From the NCBI GenBank assembly GCA_050293845.1, contig JBNKNM010000097.1, positions 6,118-19,528 of the forward strand: a stretch of DNA of 13,411 nucleotides, read 5' to 3'. Shown in pieces: positions 8,077 to 13,411 of this stretch. Below the pieces are notes generated by a model. The model made no database searches. It saw nothing but the letters and a program-made list of their open reading frames with translations, and was not told the origin of the DNA. How positions within the stretch are numbered: position 1 is the first letter of the stretch; every line of letters starts with the position of its first letter. The stretch comes from Pseudobacteriovorax sp. (lineage in GTDB: Bacteria; Bdellovibrionota_B; Oligoflexia; Oligoflexales; Oligoflexaceae). The position numbers were made by a program, and so were the translations under genes.

Positions 8077-9084
8077 ATGAAAAGCAGTTTAGATAGTACT
8101 CTGAAGGCAAGGTCGGCCGATGATAACTTTCACCAGGGCGGTAGGCTGTCAAGATTTCTTCATAGTCTTGACCGTGCTAAGCTTAGCCACTGGTTCTTTT
8201 TGTCACCGTTCGTTATACTTTTAGGCATCTTTAGTATTTTTCCTATACTATTTTCGATATATTTGTCATTCCATAGCTGGAACCCTGTTCAAGGCTTAAA
8301 TGCTATGGAGTTCATCGGTATAGAAAATTATACTTTTGCCCTAGAAGATCCATGGCTTTGGCGATCCTTAAAAAATACCTTTATCATGGCAATAGCATCG
8401 GGTTTGCCGCAACATCTGGTAGCTTTGCCACTCGCTTACCTTCTGGTTCAATGCCATAAGTGGGTTAGAGGTTTCGCAACATCGGCCTTCTTCTTCCCCT
8501 ATATTATTTCAGGTGTCGTCGTCGCCCTCATCTTTTTTAATATGTATTCGCCGAGAACTGGAATTATTAACAAGGGGATAGCCAGTTTGGTCGATCTTCC
8601 TTTGATAGGAGGTATGTTCACTTCCATTGTTGCAGCTTTGCCTATTGCATGGCTGGAAGATATTAACTTCATCCAGTACTCTATTTCATTTGTTGTGTTT
8701 TGGAAATTTACAGGCTTTAATATTGTTATTTACTCTACTGGTCTTATGACGGTTCCTGAGGAATTATATGAAGCAGCAAAAATTGACGGTGCAAATATAT
8801 GGCATAGGTTTAGGCACATCTCCTTACCACACCTGAGACCGTTTATTATTTTTGCAGCAACTTTATCTGTAATAGGTGGGCTTCAGCTCTTTGAGGAACC
8901 GTATATTTTAACTAAAGGAACAGGGGGACCCTCCCAATCTGGATTGACCATAGCTAACTATTTGATGCGCGTTGGTTGGGAATGGTTAGAAATGGGTCAA
9001 GCCTCTGCTATTGCATGGATACTTTTCGTAGTTATCGGCTGTTTCTCCATCATCAACTTCCTACTTCTAAGAGGTAAGAACTAA
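8077..9084 (+). CDS. Carbohydrate ABC transporter permease (MalF/UgpA type)
   Basis: Multiple TM segments, FIGIENY, the EAA loop ELYEAAKIDGA and MGQASAIAWILF. Confidence 0.95.
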   Translation: MKSSLDSTLKARSADDNFHQGGRLSRFLHSLDRAKLSHWFFLSPFVILLGIFSIFPILFSIYLSFHSWNPVQGLNAMEFIGIENYTFALEDPWLWRSLKNTFIMAIASGLPQHLVALPLAYLLVQCHKWVRGFATSAFFFPYIISGVVVALIFFNMYSPRTGIINKGIASLVDLPLIGGMFTSIVAALPIAWLEDINFIQYSISFVVFWKFTGFNIVIYSTGLMTVPEELYEAAKIDGANIWHRFRHISLPHLRPFIIFAATLSVIGGLQLFEEPYILTKGTGGPSQSGLTIANYLMRVGWEWLEMGQASAIAWILFVVIGCFSIINFLLLRGKN

Positions 9085-9939
9085 ATGCAAAGCGTAGGTA
9101 TCCTAGGATCACGAACCTGGCGAAGATTGACCCGATGGATGCTACATGGTGGCATCCTTTCACTAACTGCTATTACTATTTTTCCTTTTGTTTGGTCCAT
9201 TTTGCTGTCTTCTCATAACCGGGAAACAATTTTTTCTAGTAAGATCCCTTTATATTGGGGATCTTACTTTGGCGTGAACTATGAGAAGTTAGTGTATCTG
9301 ATTCCTTACTGGAAGGCCATGTACAACAGCGTACTCATATCCGTATTGGGTACAGCTGCTTCTTTACTATTTTGCTCCATGGCTGGCTACGCCTTCGCCT
9401 TGCAAAAATTTAAAATTAAAAAGATCCTATTTGCATTCATGATTGGTACTATGATGGTTCCCCCCGTTGTGAGTCTTGTGCCCTACTATCTTACCATCAA
9501 GTTTCTTGGACTTTTAAATACCCATTTATCGGTCTGGTTGCCATTTACGGCGGCTCCTTTTGGAATTTTTCTAGTTCGTCAGTTTATCATTCGTAGCGTT
9601 CCTGTTGACCTTATCGAAGCAGCAAAGCTAGATGGAGCTTCCGAAATAGATATTTTCTTTCGAATAGTTATTCCTCTTATCAAGCCTGCTTTAGCTACAC
9701 TGGGAATCATACAATTCGTTTTTTTCTGGAATAATTTTTTAACACCACTAGTCGTACTCAGCGAGCAGGACAAGTTGGTCCTTCCCCTAGCTCTGCGTAG
9801 CCTCCAAAATCATCCTAATGCCCCTTGGGGAGCTGTAATGGTGGGTACGAGCCTAGCATTTTTTCCGGTATTACTGGTTTATTTTTTCTTCTCTCGAAAA
9901 ATTATCGCTGGCCTAACTTCAGGGGCTGTGAAAGGATAA
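9085..9939 (+). CDS. Carbohydrate ABC transporter permease (MalG/UgpE type)
   Basis: TM segments, SMAGYAFA, the EAA loop LIEAAKLDGA and the C-terminus IIAGLTSGAVKG. It abuts the previous stop (TAA-ATG). Confidence 0.95.
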   Translation: MQSVGILGSRTWRRLTRWMLHGGILSLTAITIFPFVWSILLSSHNRETIFSSKIPLYWGSYFGVNYEKLVYLIPYWKAMYNSVLISVLGTAASLLFCSMAGYAFALQKFKIKKILFAFMIGTMMVPPVVSLVPYYLTIKFLGLLNTHLSVWLPFTAAPFGIFLVRQFIIRSVPVDLIEAAKLDGASEIDIFFRIVIPLIKPALATLGIIQFVFFWNNFLTPLVVLSEQDKLVLPLALRSLQNHPNAPWGAVMVGTSLAFFPVLLVYFFFSRKIIAGLTSGAVKG

Positions 9940-9942
9940 GCT

Positions 9943-11283
9943 ATGCTTACTTTTGATAACAAATCGAAATTATTAAACAAAAAAGATTTTGTTTTTGGTG
10001 TTGCTACCTCATCGTTTCAGATAGAAGGAGGTCATGATAAAGGTGGTCGTACACCATCTATATGGGATGACTTTTGCTTGCAAGAGGGGAGAGTTAAAGG
10101 AGGTGACGATGGTCGTCAAGGTGTTAGGCACTATGATTTTTGGCAACAAGATCTGGACCTCATAAAAGAACTTCATTTCGATGCTTATCGTTTTTCCATC
10201 TCTTGGTCGCGAGTGATGTCCGAACGGGGAAAAGTAAATCAGCAAGGCATCGATTTTTATCATAAGCTAATCGATGGATTAAACCAAAGAGGTATCAAGC
10301 CATTCATAACCTTATATCACTGGGATCTTCCTTCATACTTAGAAAACCATGGCGGCTGGATCAATCGAGAAACATCTTATGAATTTGCTAACTATGCACA
10401 GCTAATTGCACAGCAATTTGGTGAAAAAGTTTCATCAATAGCAACCCACAATGAGCCACTTTGTGCAGCATTCTGTGGTTATCTTTGGGGAATCCATGCT
10501 CCTGGTTATAAAGACCGTCGTATGGCGTTTCAGGCAGCTCATCACCTTATGCTAGGTCATGGATTGGCTATGCAAAAATTACGAACATATGCCCCTAACG
10601 CTGAGAATGGAATCGTCATAAATTTCACTCCTGCATATGCAGCGAGTAATGATGAAAAAGACCAACTTGCATGCAAGCTAGCGGATGCAGAGCAAAATTT
10701 TTGGTTTACGGATGCTCTTTTCCGGTCCGAGTATCCCGAAGAACTTATCAAGGCAGTTCCCGATTCAAAACCCACGATATTTCCAGGTGACATGGAAATT
10801 ATATCGCAACCTATCGATTTTTTAGGGGTGAATTTTTATTCGCGGCAGGTGGTAACAATGGGTGATGAGGGATACAAGTCTGTGAATACCGAAGGACCCA
10901 AAACTGATATTGGTTGGGAAGTATACCCTCAAGCTCTATATGATCTTTTCCAGGATAAACTGGCTCAAAGATATAGTCGCTTGCCCCCTCTTTACATTAC
11001 CGAAAATGGGGCAGCATTTAATGATAGCCCTGATAACAAGGGGGTGACACATGATCAAAGGCGTATGGACTATTATCAGGAACATTTAAATCAAGTCGAT
11101 AAGCTAATCACTAAAGGCTTCAATATCAAAGGCTACTTCTGCTGGAGTCTTTTAGACAACTTTGAATGGGCTGAGGGCTATTCTCAACGATTCGGTATGG
11201 TTTATGTTGACTATGAAACTTGGCAACGTATTCCAAAAGATAGCGCCCTCATGTTCCAGGACTTTTTAGCTAAACGTCAATGA
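9943..11283 (+). CDS. bglA: Glycoside hydrolase family 1 beta-glucosidase
   Basis: FVFGVATSSFQIEGG, AYRFSISWSR, TLYHWDLP, acid/base NEP, nucleophile ITENG and WSLLDNFEWAEGYSQRFG. The EWAEG motif favours a non-phosphorylated substrate. The symbol is a family-level label only. Confidence 0.95.
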   Translation: MLTFDNKSKLLNKKDFVFGVATSSFQIEGGHDKGGRTPSIWDDFCLQEGRVKGGDDGRQGVRHYDFWQQDLDLIKELHFDAYRFSISWSRVMSERGKVNQQGIDFYHKLIDGLNQRGIKPFITLYHWDLPSYLENHGGWINRETSYEFANYAQLIAQQFGEKVSSIATHNEPLCAAFCGYLWGIHAPGYKDRRMAFQAAHHLMLGHGLAMQKLRTYAPNAENGIVINFTPAYAASNDEKDQLACKLADAEQNFWFTDALFRSEYPEELIKAVPDSKPTIFPGDMEIISQPIDFLGVNFYSRQVVTMGDEGYKSVNTEGPKTDIGWEVYPQALYDLFQDKLAQRYSRLPPLYITENGAAFNDSPDNKGVTHDQRRMDYYQEHLNQVDKLITKGFNIKGYFCWSLLDNFEWAEGYSQRFGMVYVDYETWQRIPKDSALMFQDFLAKRQ

Positions 11284-11291
11284 GGACAGTA

Positions 11292-12344
11292 ATGAACCTT
11301 GAGCTTCAAAACATAACGAAAAATTTCGGCTATACAAACATAATCCCTCCTCTAGATCTAACCATAAAGCAAGGGGAATTTATTGTTTTATTGGGTCCAT
11401 CAGGTTGTGGAAAATCGACTATTTTAAGAATGATCGCTGGCTTGGAGGAGGTGACCAGTGGAGTAATTAAAATTAACGATAGGATTGTCAATGATTTACC
11501 GCCAAAAGATAGGGATTTGGCAATGGTCTTTCAATCCTACGCCCTATACCCTCACATGAATGTCAGAGAAAACATGTCTTTTGGGTTGAAAATGCGCTCT
11601 TTTTCAAAGGCAGAAATTCGTGAAAGAGTTGACAATGCAGCACGATTTTTGCACCTTGAGGAGCATTTGGATAAACTGCCATCAGCTCTATCTGGCGGCC
11701 AGAGACAAAGGGTTGCCATGGGGCGGGTTCTTGTGCGTCGCCCTAAAATTTTCCTCTTTGATGAACCTCTATCTAACCTTGATGCTAAGTTACGCATAGA
11801 ACTACGCGGGGAAATTAAACGCTTACACCAAAAAGCCAAAGCAACCACAATATACGTAACCCACGATCAAGAAGAAGCCATGTCCTTAGCTGATCGTATT
11901 ATCATTCTACGGAAAGGTATTATCGAGCAGGAGGGTACCCCGTTAGAAATATTTACGCGTCCCAAAAATACTTTTGTGGCTGAATTTTTAGGTTCTCCAA
12001 AAATTAATTTCATAAATAAAGATGTTGCATCTAGTCACATAGTAGCAGTAGGTGAACTTTCACTACCTGTGAAAGATATTGCGACTAGGCATGTAAAGGT
12101 GGGAATTAGGCCAGGAGATATATCTTTCTACCCTAAAGAGAACTGGGTTTTAGGAGGTAACTTTGAAGTTGATCGGGTTGAGTTACTAGGGGACTCAACC
12201 CTCGTTCATGGCTCATTGGAGCAGCAATCCATGACTATGCTCACCAATACTAAAAAAGTACCAGTGCAGGGGGCACACCCATGCTATATCAACCCTGCTA
12301 ATATTGGGGTGTTTAACTCTGATTCAGGTTTGTTACTAAGCTAG
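11292..12344 (+). CDS. Sugar ABC transporter ATP-binding subunit (MalK/MsiK/UgpC family)
   Basis: Walker A GPSGCGKS, signature LSGGQRQR, Walker B FLFDEP, H-loop YVTHDQ and a C-terminal regulatory/OB domain (VGIRP..VELLG). The ATG at 11292 has a GAGGA RBS; the alternative ATG at 11280 overlaps the GH1 stop. Confidence 0.95.
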   Translation: MNLELQNITKNFGYTNIIPPLDLTIKQGEFIVLLGPSGCGKSTILRMIAGLEEVTSGVIKINDRIVNDLPPKDRDLAMVFQSYALYPHMNVRENMSFGLKMRSFSKAEIRERVDNAARFLHLEEHLDKLPSALSGGQRQRVAMGRVLVRRPKIFLFDEPLSNLDAKLRIELRGEIKRLHQKAKATTIYVTHDQEEAMSLADRIIILRKGIIEQEGTPLEIFTRPKNTFVAEFLGSPKINFINKDVASSHIVAVGELSLPVKDIATRHVKVGIRPGDISFYPKENWVLGGNFEVDRVELLGDSTLVHGSLEQQSMTMLTNTKKVPVQGAHPCYINPANIGVFNSDSGLLLS

Positions 12345-12348
12345 TTTG

Positions 12349-12407
12349 TGTTGGTGTATATAACCAACAACCTTACCATTAACTCAAAGATCTGATGGTA
12401 AGGTTTT
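12349..12407. terminator. Tandem hairpins between convergent genes (probable terminator)
   Basis: TGTTGGT/ACCAACA (12349-12369) and AACCTTACCAT/ATGGTAAGGTT (12369-12405, perfect 11 bp) ending in a short T run on the + strand. Confidence 0.6.
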
Positions 12408-12438
12408 GCAGCATATAAAGTGAAGGATCGTATGTGAT

Positions 12439-13254
12439 TTATAATAGGCTTTCTATAATTTTGTTGATTCTCATCCTCCGTTGCGGCAATTGCCCTACAT
12501 CTAACTGCCAAGATGAGCTGAGTACCCCGTGCACATAGGCAAACTTTAACACGCGACTTTCACTTACCCCCAAATGTTCGGCATAAATCGCAGCAAGCAT
12601 TTGGACCCTATCAGAACTCTCCACAAGCTCAGGTTGATCGTCAGGGTTGAAAAAAGAATTAGCGACGTCATAGGTTCTTTCAGCGAAAAAAGATTGTGGA
12701 TCAATAGCTATCCAGCAATTACGGGAGCAGCTCTTTATGATATTACAATGATGAATATCACCATGTAAAAGTACCTTATTCCTTTCCGTTGCAATCAATT
12801 CTCGAGCTATTAAGGAAGCTTTTCTATAAATTTTCTCAGCATCCATCTGCTCAGCCCTAGTGAAAAGAGATCTACAGTGCCTTTTTAAATCATGGCAACT
12901 AGAAGGGATAGGGCCTGAATAGGAGTGAAGGAGATCCAATACATGACAGATTATCTTAGCGGCCTCCGTATCTCGATTGTTATGTACCATCATTGACAGT
13001 TTTTCGCCTTCGAGAAATTCCAGAAGTAATGCGTTTTTGTCGGCGCAGACCACTTTTACAGCGCCCCTACTATCAAAGCATTGCAAATAGTTTGCACTCA
13101 TCCCTTCCCATTTTCGACCTTGGGGTTTCAGTAATTTTAAAATAGCCAATACACCGTGGTAATGGACTCTGAATACATGACTAGTTGCAGTTTCCACAAT
13201 CTTAACTGGATTCTGCAATTGCCAATCCTTTAGGTATCTCTTAAGCAGCTTCAA
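12439..13254 (-). CDS. APH(6)/StrB-like aminoglycoside/hydroxyurea phosphotransferase family protein
   Basis: TATSHVFRV..AILKLL, ALLLEFLEG, catalytic LLHGDIHHCNI, WIAIDPQ and ERTYDVAN..NP. The TTG start has GAGGA 9 nt upstream. Confidence 0.85.
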   Translation of the reverse strand: MKLLKRYLKDWQLQNPVKIVETATSHVFRVHYHGVLAILKLLKPQGRKWEGMSANYLQCFDSRGAVKVVCADKNALLLEFLEGEKLSMMVHNNRDTEAAKIICHVLDLLHSYSGPIPSSCHDLKRHCRSLFTRAEQMDAEKIYRKASLIARELIATERNKVLLHGDIHHCNIIKSCSRNCWIAIDPQSFFAERTYDVANSFFNPDDQPELVESSDRVQMLAAIYAEHLGVSESRVLKFAYVHGVLSSSWQLDVGQLPQRRMRINKIIESLL

Positions 13255-13339
13255 GCTTTGCTGTCCTCATGATAAACGTATCTAGCGGTGTTTGAGCCAG
13301 TTTATAACACTCGTATTTCAGACTCGAAGGAGAATTCAT

Positions 13340-13411
13340 CAAACTTCTCCAGGAAACCCGGTCTCTTTAGGGCCGGGAGGAATGGAGAAGCCCTGCGGCG
13401 AGCATCGAATC
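13340..13411 (+). mobile_element. Probable left end of an IS200/IS605-family element (continues beyond the window)
   Basis: Subterminal hairpin CCCGGTC-T-CT-TT-AG-GGCCGGG (13357-13377) preceded by GAAA and followed by AGGA. It is nested in an outer stem CTTCTCCA/TGGAGAAG (13344-13351/13383-13390). TCAT lies at 13336-13339, and local GC rises abruptly. No transposase is visible in the window. Confidence 0.7.

Noticed and set aside
6106..12768. Short opposite-strand ORFs (6106, 7296, 7955, 9579, 10009, 10557, 11552, 12574)
   Set aside because: All are antisense to confidently identified genes and show no motifs.
13344..13390. Simple intrinsic terminator or tRNA fragment
   Set aside because: No U-tract and no cloverleaf; the nested stem and guide/target match fit an IS200/IS605 end better.

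Overview
An AT-rich bacterial window, probably from a Gram-negative organism (the sugar-binding protein has a non-lipidated signal peptide). The left arm is on the - strand. It carries a Sec-exported cytochrome c protein fused to a DUF1587/1595/1592/1588/1585 array (two CxxCH motifs), then a Tat-exported DUF1552 partner, then a partial lipoprotein with acidic DQGDD tandem repeats that the ORF track missed. A 1.4 kb divergent intergenic region contains palindromes, a short ORF and an orphan terminator. The right arm is on the + strand: an SMP-30/gluconolactonase, then a CUT1 sugar ABC operon (binding protein, two permeases, GH1 beta-glucosidase, MalK/MsiK-type ATPase). A convergent APH(6)-like phosphotransferase follows. 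The last 72 bp look like the left end of an IS200/IS605 element inserted 3' of TCAT, possibly into a start codon. The main hypothesis is a linked extracytoplasmic redox module plus an uptake and catabolism module for (oxidised) beta-glucosides or cello-oligosaccharides. All family calls come from motifs read by eye; no database searches were run.
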